Positions 20,032 to 34,451 of a stretch of DNA of 64,000 bases are shown one piece after another. Where the stretch lies: assembly GCA_963666985.2 (NCBI GenBank), contig CAXXIA010000002.1, positions 1,024,001-1,088,000 on the forward strand. Reading direction: 5' to 3'. The stretch comes from Spirochaetia bacterium. GTDB taxonomy: Bacteria; Spirochaetota; Spirochaetia; DSM-2461. The notes under the pieces were generated by a model that was given only the letters and a program-made list of their open reading frames with translations, was not told the origin of the DNA and made no database searches. How positions within the stretch are numbered: the stretch's first letter is position 1; every line of letters starts with the position of its first letter. Position numbers and translations under genes: made by a program.

Positions 20032-21030
20032 CTATTTGTAGATATATTGATCCATCGCAGGATCGTTCACATTCTCTTGTGTAAAGAATTCAAATCCGGG
20101 GATTACCTTGGCGGGTACTTCGGCACCGTCGGTAAGGAACTTATATCCCCACTCAACCGCCAAAGAACCGATTTCGTAAGGCTTCTGAGCAAGAACCAAA
20201 TCAACTTCACCTTTTTTAAGGGCGTTGATCATATCAACAGTGGCGTCCCATGTGGCGATTTTTACCGCTCCGGTTAATCCGGCATTCACAACCGCCTGAT
20301 AGGCACCTTGAGAAGAAAATACGTTTGTGGCGAAAATCCCGCCGATGTCGGGATCTTTTTGAAGAGCGGCCAATGTCTGATCGGTAGCTTTCTGCTGAAC
20401 ATCCAAATTGTAATCGATACCTACGAGTTCAATAGCGGAAAAAGCGGCAATACCTTCTTCAAAACCCCGAACACGACCGGCAACGGAAGAAACATCGGGA
20501 TTGGTGGTATTGATATACGCTTTTCCGGATTCGCCCATCAGTTTCGCCAATTCTGCGGCAATCTCACGTCCGCCCTTCTCATTATCCGAACCAATATAGC
20601 TCAAAGGGAAGGAATACTCGCTCTTCTTCGAGTAGTCTCCATCTCCGAGGAAGGTATCTACAGTGATAATTTCAATCCCCTGATCGTAAAGTTTCTTCAA
20701 GGGCGAAACCAGGGCATCCACGGAAGTTGGGGCAATAAGAATCATATCGATTCCGCCCTGTGCGGCGGTTGCTTCAAGAATGGGAACCTGAGCTTCAGGG
20801 CCCCAAGACTTCGGGAATTCCGCTACGATCAACTTAACACCGAGTTCTTCCGCTTTGGCCTTAATACCTTTTTCCATCATGTAATAAAACGGATCCGCGA
20901 CACCGGGCATGAACATCATGGTGATTGTATCATCTCCGCCTGCCGTATCTTTTCCGCCGGCGGCGGAAACAGGCATGGCGAGAAAAACCAGCATGATGAG
21001 GGCGCTGAACAGTAAAACGCTTTTTTTCAT
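20032..21030 (-). CDS. Sugar ABC transporter substrate-binding protein (RbsB type)
   Basis: AGGAG RBS, signal peptide, DPFYYMMEKG, YIGSDNEKGG, AQKPYEIG. Confidence 0.88.
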   Translation of the reverse strand: MKKSVLLFSALIMLVFLAMPVSAAGGKDTAGGDDTITMMFMPGVADPFYYMMEKGIKAKAEELGVKLIVAEFPKSWGPEAQVPILEATAAQGGIDMILIAPTSVDALVSPLKKLYDQGIEIITVDTFLGDGDYSKKSEYSFPLSYIGSDNEKGGREIAAELAKLMGESGKAYINTTNPDVSSVAGRVRGFEEGIAAFSAIELVGIDYNLDVQQKATDQTLAALQKDPDIGGIFATNVFSSQGAYQAVVNAGLTGAVKIATWDATVDMINALKKGEVDLVLAQKPYEIGSLAVEWGYKFLTDGAEVPAKVIPGFEFFTQENVNDPAMDQYIYK

Positions 21031-21074
21031 GAAAAGCTCCTTTCTTGGTTTTGGCATTTTGCCGTGAAATTAAA

Positions 21075-21093
21075 ATGCAAAATCCATGCCCAA
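21075..21093 (-). promoter_or_regulatory. Sigma54 -24/-12 promoter of sugar operon
   Basis: Minus strand TTGGGCATGGATTTTGCAT = GG-N10-GC. Confidence 0.7.
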
Positions 21094-21242
21094 TTTGATT
21101 TCAGACGGTGGAAAAATCGAAGAATCCCGTTAAATATTTACAGGGGAAATAATAGAACAACCGTCTTCTTATTGTAATCCCTTTGTTTAAGAACACGCTT
21201 CTATAATGAATCAAAGTATGCTGGTAACCATCTGACCCAATG

Positions 21243-21260
21243 TGGGACAAAAATGTCCCA
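21243..21260. promoter_or_regulatory. Candidate enhancer (UAS) palindrome TGGGACA-N4-TGTCCCA
   Basis: Perfect 7-bp arms ~150 bp upstream of the sigma54 promoter. Confidence 0.6.
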
Positions 21261-21687
21261 TAACGGATAGGAGATTCGCTCTTCTCTCATTGTGATTTTT
21301 TTCGATTCCGGTTTCTTCTCCGCATGAATGCAACATTGAAAATCAAAGCCGGAAACATTATCAGGACCAAATTCGACTCCAACCGCATGGCAAGGAGTAT
21401 GTTCTCCTTATCTGCAACCATAAGGCTGCTGTGAGAATAGAACCGAGAAAAGCCTTGAGGACTTATGTAAAAGGAAAAACAAGGACCGCTTTGCTCCCTT
21501 CAGGAGATTCTCGTAATTTGGGAGACTTAGAAATCCATCCGAATACACTTTTCCTACAAATCGATGAAGCAAGTTCACCGCTATTCAAAGCTCAAATCGC
21601 CGGATATCGAGTGTTGCGATTTCAAATCGAAACATTTTCTTTTTAGAGGCCGAGAGCCCAACAAAAATTGTCGAAACAAGAAGTTCT

Positions 21688-23538
21688 TTAGTGAACATCG
21701 CCGCCCGTAGCGCGATTCTCGGTCTTAACCGAACGATTTTTTCTTCCCGAAGAAGTCGATGTCTTCTTTCCGTTGGGCTGTCCGTAGACTGATTGCCAAG
21801 CGCCCCTGAAAAAGGACGCCGCGTTCGCTCCCAGGCTGCGGGTACGGTACCCGCCCTCCTGGATAAAAAGAACGGGAAGGTTGAGATCCGCAATCATCGC
21901 GCCGTTCTTCTCAAAGTCCTTCGCCCTCAGCAGCCAGCTCCCGGTAGGGTCGCCCTGGGCGGTGTCCAGTCCCAAGGCCACCACGAGGAAGCGGGGATGA
22001 TAGCGTGCAATTCTCTCCAAAGCCTTCCGGAGTGTTTCCCGGTATTCATCGCCTCCGATATCGTCACCGAGAGGATAATTTACGTTGAAGCCTTGTCCCT
22101 GCCCCTCGCCGGTCTCTTCCTTGAATCCGCTGAAATAAGGATAAGCCGCCCGCGGATGACCATGGATAGAGAGAGTGAAGACATCCGGTCTTCGGTAAAA
22201 AATATCTTGGGTGCCGTTCCCGTGATGATAGTCAATATCAAGAACGGCAACCTTACCATGACGGCTGAGGTAATCGGCGGCGATAGCGGTATTGTTCAGG
22301 TAGCAAAATCCGCCGAAGGCCCGCCGCTCGGCGTGATGCCCCGGAGGCCGCACCAGGGCGTACGCAAGACGTCCACCGCCGAGAATTTCCTCGGCACCCG
22401 CTACCGCGCAGTCGGCGGCGGCCCGTGCGGCGGACCAAGCGTTCTTGCTGATTGGCGTAAAGGTGTCCATACAGTAGTATCCCGCCTTCAGGGGAAGATC
22501 GACGGGAGGACGAGCGCGGTTGCGCAAAGGAAAAACATAAGGATAAACGGATTCTTTCTCGCCCAATTGAGAGCAGACATCGCGGAGATATTTTACAAAA
22601 TCATGATCATGTACGGCATGAATAAGCGAATCCGGACAATGCCGCGCACGCACCCGTCGGAAAATCTCGGTTTTATCAATTTCATCAAGAATACGGGAAA
22701 TTCTTACCGGGGCCTCCAGGTAGCCTTTATCGGCGATATGGTGGATGGTGTGTCCTTCGGTAACAATCAAAGCGATACGCCGGTCGAACGAGGGCTTTTC
22801 GGCAGGCGGAGGAGGAGGCGGGGCGGCTGACGACGTCCGATAACGGGGAGCTCTGAGGAGAACGGGATCGTCTTTAACGGAGCGTACCACCTTCGCGATG
22901 TATTCCGGAGTACAGATGTCTCCGAACTTACGCTCCAGAATGGCTCGAATGATCAGCTTTAGCTGGCTTTTCTTCAGGACACCTTCTTCTCCGAGACCGT
23001 CAAAAACAAGAAAGGGCAGGTTGTCCCGATCCTGAGACTTCTCACTCCAGGGTTCCTGATAGGCGATATTAACGATAGGCCTTGCGCCGTAACGCTCATA
23101 GAAGCGCAAGCGGGCGATACTCTCTTTGAGTACAGCCTCGTCTCGGCAGAGTTCGGCTTCGTCGGGCAGTACCTCGAAGAAGACTCCAAGGCATCCTAGT
23201 GATTTAGCTTCTTCCCGCACACGCTCGTAGAGGCTGCCTCCTATCCCTCGGCCGGTCTTAGAACCCGAAGCCGCCGAAATATAATCCAGATAGCAGAACC
23301 TTAGGTTTGGCTCAATGGACACGAGGGCGAAGCCTTCCACTTGGTCACGTCCACGATCCGCAACGAAAAGGTGATAGCGGAACCGTTCTTTAAGCGGATT
23401 CCGAAGTTTCTCAGGAAGTCGGCGCGCCTCCGCGTCGGTCATCTCGGGAAACTGCTGCTTCATGATATACTGCACCTGCTCAATCCGGCGGGCGTCCAGA
23501 GGCGCGGTATCGTCAAAAACACGGCGGATTCTATACAT
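21688..23538 (-). CDS. GNAT-like acetyltransferase domain fused to a Zn-dependent HDAC/acetylpolyamine amidohydrolase domain
   Basis: N-terminal YLDYISAA..TGRGIGGSLY..RLRFYERYG; C-terminal RPPGHHA, GGFCYLNN, DIDYHHGNGTQ, QEGGY. Confidence 0.85.
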   Translation of the reverse strand: MYRIRRVFDDTAPLDARRIEQVQYIMKQQFPEMTDAEARRLPEKLRNPLKERFRYHLFVADRGRDQVEGFALVSIEPNLRFCYLDYISAASGSKTGRGIGGSLYERVREEAKSLGCLGVFFEVLPDEAELCRDEAVLKESIARLRFYERYGARPIVNIAYQEPWSEKSQDRDNLPFLVFDGLGEEGVLKKSQLKLIIRAILERKFGDICTPEYIAKVVRSVKDDPVLLRAPRYRTSSAAPPPPPPAEKPSFDRRIALIVTEGHTIHHIADKGYLEAPVRISRILDEIDKTEIFRRVRARHCPDSLIHAVHDHDFVKYLRDVCSQLGEKESVYPYVFPLRNRARPPVDLPLKAGYYCMDTFTPISKNAWSAARAAADCAVAGAEEILGGGRLAYALVRPPGHHAERRAFGGFCYLNNTAIAADYLSRHGKVAVLDIDYHHGNGTQDIFYRRPDVFTLSIHGHPRAAYPYFSGFKEETGEGQGQGFNVNYPLGDDIGGDEYRETLRKALERIARYHPRFLVVALGLDTAQGDPTGSWLLRAKDFEKNGAMIADLNLPVLFIQEGGYRTRSLGANAASFFRGAWQSVYGQPNGKKTSTSSGRKNRSVKTENRATGGDVH

Positions 23539-23803
23539 CGGCTTGTTCCCCCGAAAAAGAACTTGGTGAGTCAGAGTCTATCGAGAGGAGAAAAGCAGGA
23601 CAAGGAGATCTCCTCCTGATTCCTGTAGGCTCCTTTCCCCTCCCTGGGCTTTCCAATGGACGGCCGCGGTCTCCTCGCCGAAACAAGATTTCGGCTGAGT
23701 TTGATAGGCCGGCTGTGGTGCCGTAGGAACAAAGAAAAGCCCCAAGCATTGGAGTAAAAGAAAAGCAAGATGCTCAATCTCCAAAACTTGGGGCTTAAAA
23801 AAA

Positions 23804-23916
23804 ACCTGGCGACGACCTACTCTCCCACAACAAGTGCAGTACCATCGGCGCTGGCGGGCTTAACGACCGTGTTCGGGATGGGAACGGGTGTGGCCCCGCC
23901 GCCATAGTCACCAGGT
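23804..23916 (-). rRNA. rrf: 5S rRNA
   Basis: Complement of the conserved 5S sequence (CCTGGCGACGACCTACTCTC...GTTCGGGATGGGAACGGGTG...CCAGG); ends approximate. Confidence 0.93.
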
Positions 23917-24132
23917 TAGATTACCTAGAGGAATATTGGGCGCTGCTTATCAAGCAGCTATGTTCTTCAGGCCGACTTTTCATCAGCCCCGGATGCAATC
24001 CGATCTTTATTCTCAAGATCAATTTGCACCTCTCGGAAGGGTGACTGCCTTCGGCAGTATCCTTCCCTCATCTCGGCAGTGAATGAACACGTTCATTCAT
24101 TGCTCTCGATTTCGTGAAGGGTTAAAGAATAA

Positions 24133-27070
<2,938 letters not shown>

Positions 27071-27272
27071 TATTCTTTAACCCTTCCCTATTAGGTCCAA
27101 TTCACCTTGGACGTGCAAATTACAACGTCTATGTGAACCGAAGGCGGAAATAGACTTGGTAATTTGCCAAGACGGCCAAATGAATTGGACCGCTCGCCAT
27201 GTTACCGACGAATCCAGATCTGCCGATTCACGCTCACGTAAATCAAACCTCATTACTATTTCAAAGAACCTT

Positions 27273-27346
27273 TGGAGGCACGGGGACTCGAACCCCGGAC
27301 CCCCGGCTTGCAAAGCCGGTGCTCTAGCCAACTGAGCTATGCCCCC
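27273..27346 (-). tRNA. tRNA-Ala(TGC), CCA not encoded
   Basis: GGGGGCATAGCTCAGTTGG...TTGCAA...GTTCGAGT...TGCCTCCA; G3:U70 identity pair; lies in the 16S-23S spacer. Confidence 0.95.
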
Positions 27347-27572
27347 GGCTGTTAATTGCGATTTCGGAACAGAGAAGAGAAGAAAGAGACACGCTTTGCG
27401 GCCGAAGCCGCATCCTGTCGAAACTCGAATACTCGCTAAAACGCTTACGCATTTCAGCTGTTTTGCGTCGGCATACACAAAATCCGACGACTTTTGGACT
27501 GTTATCGTCCTTGTGCTCGCTACGTTCCTCGGCCAAAGACCTGCGGTACGCAGCTGCTTACCTTTCACATTG

Positions 27573-29115
<1,543 letters not shown>

Positions 29116-29550
29116 TAATAAGCGTCCGAAGACGCTCTTTCTCATAGGTGTTCTTCGCCATCTCTCAATCCTAAAATTAAGTCATGGCTTTCGTGCCCTC
29201 ATCGGACACCGGGGTGGCTCACCCCTTGCCAGAGTCGTATCACAGGAACTCTCGCTCCTATAACAACCCCGACATCATTGACGAGTTCTTAACTCGACAA
29301 GATTCTTAGAATGCGATTTTTCTTTCTTGCAAAAGTAAAATCACACCCCAGAACAGGCGCACTCCGCGACATTTCATTCGCCGCTTCACGCGCCACGCGT
29401 GGTCTCTTTCTTCCCTTCCCTGTTCTTCTGCAAAGAACCATAAAAACCGGAATCTTTCATCCGGAATAAGCAATTCGACCGAGTTTTGAGTATCACCTCA
29501 AGCCCGCTTCGTTTTGCCGCGCTTCGCCGTCTCCGCAAGGCGCGAGGAGG

Positions 29551-29579
29551 AATCTACCCTCCTGACGCATTTTGGTCAA
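29551..29579 (-). promoter_or_regulatory. Probable rrn promoter TTGACC-17-TAGATT
   Basis: Sigma70-like boxes ~440 bp upstream of 16S, with an A/T tract upstream. Confidence 0.6.
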
Positions 29580-29846
29580 GACATTCCGAATAAAAAAATC
29601 GGAACTGTTTCATTCCGACTTAATTATGGAGCTCAAATGCAGGTTTTTTCAAAAAAAAAGACTCTCGGCACCTCTCCGAAAAGCCGCTCCGTGCATCTTA
29701 AAAGGTTTTCATTCGCTCTTTCTCTCCCTGCTAAACAAAAAGTTGGAGAAATGAGAACCGACCGAAATAAATCTTTTAATAATAAACTATAGAACCTATC
29801 GCTTAGAGGCCGATAGTAAGGATAAACCTTATGTAAAAAAGAGAAA

Positions 29847-31388
29847 TTGATGGGCCTTTTGGATACCACCAGCAAAATTAATATGGACTCTTCACCTGAA
29901 AAAATGGCGGAAGAACTCACGAAAACGCGGGAGAAACTCAAAAGAGCCCATCGGCATAATGAAGCCCTCGTTTCTCAGGTTAACAATCTGCTGCACTTCA
30001 TCAACGAGCAGAATCAGCGAAAAAGAGATCTTCAGCAAAGAATCAATATCAATCCGAAAACGGGTCTTTCCAATCACTATAAGATGGATCAGGATTTCCA
30101 AAAGTTCTTCGGTTCCTATATGGAGCAGACCGAACAGCCCCCGGGTGCGGTTATCCTGATAAAGCTGGACAACAACTACGACATTATAAACAAAACACAG
30201 AAACCGTCGGTCAGTGAGTGGATTATTTATAAAATAAGCACACGCATTAAAGAAACAATCGGAACGGAAATCCCGCTCTACCATACTCGTGACGATGAAT
30301 TCATTCTGCTTGTTTCTGAGATCGGAACGAAAGAGAAGCTGCGCCCCCTTATCGAAGAAATCTCAGCGGAAGTGGCAAAACCCCATATCTTCTCCGGATA
30401 CCATATCACCATAGGCTGCCAGATCGGCATTTCGTTTTTCCCGGAACATGGAATCAGCAAAAGTCATTTGTTGAACAATTCGGACATAGCTCTTAACTAC
30501 GCGAAGCGATACAGCAAGAAATACGTCTTCTTCACGGATAACATGCGGGAAGAAGTCGTCCAGAAAATGGAACTGCAGAACAGCATCATCAAAGCTCTGG
30601 AAGAGCAGTCCATGCGGGAAATCGATAAACAGTTCTTTATGTATCTGCAGCCGGTGGTCACCTTGGACGGGATAAAAGACGGCGTTCCGCTGATACGGAA
30701 GGTTGACGCCGAAGCCCTGATCCGCTGGAATCACCCGGTACGCGGCATGATTTCCCCGGAAACCTTCATTCCCATCGCAGAGGAAACCGGTCTGATCATC
30801 ATCATCGGAAAATGGGTTCTGTATACGGCGACCGGTCTGATTGAAAGCTGGTCGAAAGCGAAAAGCATTAATTCCACCCTGGCCATCAACGTCTCGCCGC
30901 GTCAATTCAACAACGACGATCTGCTCGACTCCATTAAAAGAATCGTCGACTACCGAAATATCGATCCGGACCGCATTGAAATCGAAATAACGGAAAACAG
31001 CTTTCTCGACGATCCCGACGAAGCTTCGGCCAAGATAAAGAGACTCAAGGACATGGGCATCAAGATTGCCATCGATGATTTCGGTACGGGATTTTCATCG
31101 GTCAATTATCTGCGGAAACTTCCCGTCGACGTCGTTAAGATCGACCGCAGCTTCATCACAAATATCACGAACAGCAAACAAGACGAATCAATCGTCAAGG
31201 CGATAATCGCCATGTCTTCCGAACTCGGATTAACAAACATTGTCGAAGGCGTGGAAACATTGGAACAGATCGAACTGCTCATGCATCTCGGAATCAGGAG
31301 ATTCCAGGGATTCTATTTCTCCAAATCCATGGCTTCGGCCGATTTTGAAGCGTTCTACAAAACACACATACCGAACAGAATCGATTAA
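29847..31388 (+). CDS. GGDEF(degenerate)-EAL c-di-GMP phosphodiesterase
   Basis: RDDEF replaces GGDEF; intact EAL, INVS, EITE, DDFGTG, KID, EGVE and QG motifs. Confidence 0.88.
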   Translation: MMGLLDTTSKINMDSSPEKMAEELTKTREKLKRAHRHNEALVSQVNNLLHFINEQNQRKRDLQQRININPKTGLSNHYKMDQDFQKFFGSYMEQTEQPPGAVILIKLDNNYDIINKTQKPSVSEWIIYKISTRIKETIGTEIPLYHTRDDEFILLVSEIGTKEKLRPLIEEISAEVAKPHIFSGYHITIGCQIGISFFPEHGISKSHLLNNSDIALNYAKRYSKKYVFFTDNMREEVVQKMELQNSIIKALEEQSMREIDKQFFMYLQPVVTLDGIKDGVPLIRKVDAEALIRWNHPVRGMISPETFIPIAEETGLIIIIGKWVLYTATGLIESWSKAKSINSTLAINVSPRQFNNDDLLDSIKRIVDYRNIDPDRIEIEITENSFLDDPDEASAKIKRLKDMGIKIAIDDFGTGFSSVNYLRKLPVDVVKIDRSFITNITNSKQDESIVKAIIAMSSELGLTNIVEGVETLEQIELLMHLGIRRFQGFYFSKSMASADFEAFYKTHIPNRID

Positions 31389-31424
31389 AGATCGTGTATC
31401 GAACCTCAGATTACCAAAGGCTTC

Positions 31425-31805
31425 TCAGTCCTTTCGAACCGTAACCCGGCAATTAACGTTTCCATCTTCATCTTCAAGGAATTGAACAGGCCCTTCAATA
31501 CGCCGCTTATGCTCGGCAAAAACCCAATTGGAAACCGCTTCGGACAGCTCGTCCTCGTCCAATTCGATTTCTTCCAGCGTAAAACCGGCATAAGTGCCAA
31601 GCGACGCCGGTCTTAAGGAGAGCCAAATAAAAAGAGGAAGACTGGCCGTCCCGATAACCGCACCGATTATGAGTGCTCCCACGATAGGATGCTTTTCCGC
31701 TACCGCCGGAGAGAAAGACAAAGCGAACACTAAAAGAGCCGTTACAAAAAAAACAAGTGCGGCGGCAATCGCGACGATAAGCACTTTCTTCAAATGAAAT
31801 TTCAC
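31425..31805 (-). CDS. Hypothetical membrane protein (2 TM plus acidic C-terminus)
   Basis: Two hydrophobic segments, then a D/E-rich domain; start may be slightly downstream. Confidence 0.6.
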   Translation of the reverse strand: MKFHLKKVLIVAIAAALVFFVTALLVFALSFSPAVAEKHPIVGALIIGAVIGTASLPLFIWLSLRPASLGTYAGFTLEEIELDEDELSEAVSNWVFAEHKRRIEGPVQFLEDEDGNVNCRVTVRKD

Positions 31806-32087
31806 AACACAATCATAGCCTCACGGCTCCGGCTGCGAAAGGGGTGAACTTCATTCAACGTTCGATTCGCGCCGTTCCGTTTCATTTCCATTATTCGAGT
31901 AAGCGCCCGTATCGGAATCCCAAGCATCCGGCCGCTGTTGAAAAATGGAAACTTCTCAAAAAGACGATTCGGATTCGGCGGCAAACGGGCGCCGATCGAA
32001 ACTACAAAAACTTACGAAGACCGCCGGCGGGGTAGTCCGGATTCAACAGCGGCGTTATCATCCCATGTACGAAGGAGGTATCCTCAA

Positions 32088-33083
32088 ATGCCGGTTAATC
32101 TCAAAGGCCGATCGCTGCTTACCTTAAAAGACTTTTCTCCGGAGGAAATCCGGTATCTCATCGACCTTGCCCTCAACCTGAAGGCAAAAAAGCAAACGGG
32201 AGTGAGGGGACGAACGCTTGAAGGCAAAAACATCGTCCTGATTTTCGAAAAAACCTCCACGCGGACCCGCTGTGCGTTTGAAGTTGCCGTTCATGACGAA
32301 GGCGGTAACGTCACTTTTCTAACCAACAGCCAGATGGGCGTTAAGGAATCCATTGAGGACACGGCAAAGGTGCTCGGCCGCTATTATGACGGCATCGAAT
32401 TCCGCGGCTTCAGTCAGAAAACCGTAGAAACTCTCGCCGCCTGCGCGGGAGTACCGGTCTGGAACGGACTGACCGATCTCTATCATCCCACGCAAATCCT
32501 CGCGGATTTAATGACCATGCAAGAGTCCCTTAAAAAACCGTTTAGACACATGAAACTGTGTTTCGTCGGCGATGCCCGAAACAACATGGGCAATTCTCTG
32601 ATGATCGGTGCCGCGAAGATGGGCATGAGTTTCACGGCGGTCGCGCCGCCGGCGCTTTTCCCTTCCGAAGAAATTGTTAATTATGCGCGGCAGGTGGCCG
32701 CGGAAACAGGCGCCGTAATTGAAGTAACCGACGATGTGCCCCTGGGTGTAAAGGATTCCGACGCAATCTATACCGATGTCTGGGCATCTCTGGGTGAAGA
32801 AGATAAATTCGCCGAGAGAATTGCGCTGTTAAAACCTTATCAGGTGAATACGGCCCTTATGGACAAAACGGGAAATCCCGATGTTATCTTCATGCATTGC
32901 CTGCCTTCTTTTCACGACTCCGAAACCTCAATCGGAATGAAAATCAAAGAAGTTCATGGTCTCGAATCCATGGAAGTAACCGACGGCGTTTTTCGTTCTC
33001 CCAGGTCCGTTGTGTTCGACCAAGCCGAAAACCGGATGCATACAATCAAGGCGATAATGGTGTCCACATGCGGGAATATTTAG
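32088..33083 (+). CDS. argF: Ornithine carbamoyltransferase
   Basis: AAGGAGG RBS before ATG 32088; STRTR, HPTQ, YTDVW and MHCLP motifs. Confidence 0.93.
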   Translation: MPVNLKGRSLLTLKDFSPEEIRYLIDLALNLKAKKQTGVRGRTLEGKNIVLIFEKTSTRTRCAFEVAVHDEGGNVTFLTNSQMGVKESIEDTAKVLGRYYDGIEFRGFSQKTVETLAACAGVPVWNGLTDLYHPTQILADLMTMQESLKKPFRHMKLCFVGDARNNMGNSLMIGAAKMGMSFTAVAPPALFPSEEIVNYARQVAAETGAVIEVTDDVPLGVKDSDAIYTDVWASLGEEDKFAERIALLKPYQVNTALMDKTGNPDVIFMHCLPSFHDSETSIGMKIKEVHGLESMEVTDGVFRSPRSVVFDQAENRMHTIKAIMVSTCGNI

Positions 33084-33158
33084 CGGGATTATTATAAGGA
33101 ACGTACGCGAAGCCATCCGGCGCGGCCGAAAAACCGGCCGACGGCTTCGCCTTTTGCC

Positions 33159-34295
33159 ATGGAAATAATCAGAGCCACTCGGGCCTATATTCATATTGAC
33201 TCTCTGACACACAATCTCGCCGCGATCCGCGAATCCGTCCCTCCGGGAACACGCATCTGCGCCGCCGTAAAAGCCGACGCATACGGACACGGAGCGGTCC
33301 GCGTCGGAGAGGAACTCAGAAAAGCGGGTGTTGATTACCTCGGCGTCGCCACACCTTTCGAAGGTCTGGAACTGCGGGAGTCCGGCGACACCGGAGGCAT
33401 CATACTTTACGGGCCAACGACGCCCGAAGAGATTCCCGTTACAGTCGCGGCGAGACTCGAACCTTTGGCCCCGAGCCGGGAATATATTGAAGCAATCGAA
33501 GCGGAGGCAGGCAGAAACACCGGGAACGGAAGAAGCCTCTTAAAGGTTCATCTGAAAGTGGACACGGGGATGGGCCGCATCGGCTGCCGTCCCGATGAAG
33601 CACTCACTCTGGCCCGACTTATCGATGCATCCCCCCGTCTGGAATTGGCCGGACTGGCCACGCATTTTCCCGTCGGAGATTCGGATGCCGACGAAAATAT
33701 CGAATTTACGCGAACGCAAATCGCCGCGCTCAAAACCGTCGCCGAAAAAATCAAAGCCGCAGGCATCAATCCGGGAATCATCCACGCCGCCAATTCCGGC
33801 GGAATCGCCTTCCTCCCTCAAGAGGCGGCCCTCAGCATGGTCAGGCCGGGCATCGCCCTCTACGGCTACGGACCCGCAATGCCCCAAGGCGGCCCGCTGC
33901 GGCCCGTCATGGAACTGAAAACCAGGATCACAGCGATCAAAAAAATCCGGGCAGGAGAGACCGTCTCCTACGGCCGGACCTGGCGGGCCGCCGAAGAAAC
34001 CCGGATCGCCACGCTTCCTGTGGGATACGCCGACGGGTACTCCCGCCTTCTTTCCAACCGCGCCAAAGTCCTCATCGGCGGCCGGCTCCATCCGGTCGTC
34101 GGAACCGTCTGCATGGACCAAACCATGGTGCGTCTCGAAGACAGGGGAGAGAGCAACCTCTACGACGAGGCTACCCTTTTCGGCCCCGATCCGGCCGGAC
34201 CGAACGCCGATGATTTGGCGGACATCATGGGAACCATTTCCTACGAAATCACCTGCGGTATCAGCCGCCGTGTGCCGCGGGTTTATATTGATTAA
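33159..34295 (+). CDS. alr: Alanine racemase
   Basis: AVKADAYGHG PLP lysine, KVDTGMGRIG, VSYG and GYADG motifs. Confidence 0.95.
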   Translation: MEIIRATRAYIHIDSLTHNLAAIRESVPPGTRICAAVKADAYGHGAVRVGEELRKAGVDYLGVATPFEGLELRESGDTGGIILYGPTTPEEIPVTVAARLEPLAPSREYIEAIEAEAGRNTGNGRSLLKVHLKVDTGMGRIGCRPDEALTLARLIDASPRLELAGLATHFPVGDSDADENIEFTRTQIAALKTVAEKIKAAGINPGIIHAANSGGIAFLPQEAALSMVRPGIALYGYGPAMPQGGPLRPVMELKTRITAIKKIRAGETVSYGRTWRAAEETRIATLPVGYADGYSRLLSNRAKVLIGGRLHPVVGTVCMDQTMVRLEDRGESNLYDEATLFGPDPAGPNADDLADIMGTISYEITCGISRRVPRVYID

Positions 34296-34428
34296 CTGCC
34301 TCGCACCGCACATTCATATTGATTAAGCCGCCGAATGCAGACGCATCCATTATTAATCAAGCCTCCGTGCAGCACATGTTTAGACTGGTTAACAGCCGCA
34401 CACAGCACACCCGTATCTATTACAATCA
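34264..34428 (+). repeat. Degenerate ~32-bp tandem repeats (about 5 units) beginning in the alr 3' end
   Basis: Units GCC..GC..C..T..ATTGATTAA; exact ATATTGATTAA at 34285 and 34316. Confidence 0.45.
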
Positions 34429-34451
34429 CACGGCCGGCAGCGCCATTCAAA

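Noticed and set aside
31938..32087. 50-aa N-terminal extension of ArgF
   Set aside because: A strong AAGGAGG precedes ATG 32088, where the recognisable OTCase sequence begins.
34264..34428. Possible CRISPR array
   Set aside because: Units abut without unique spacers, are highly degenerate, and no cas genes are in the window.
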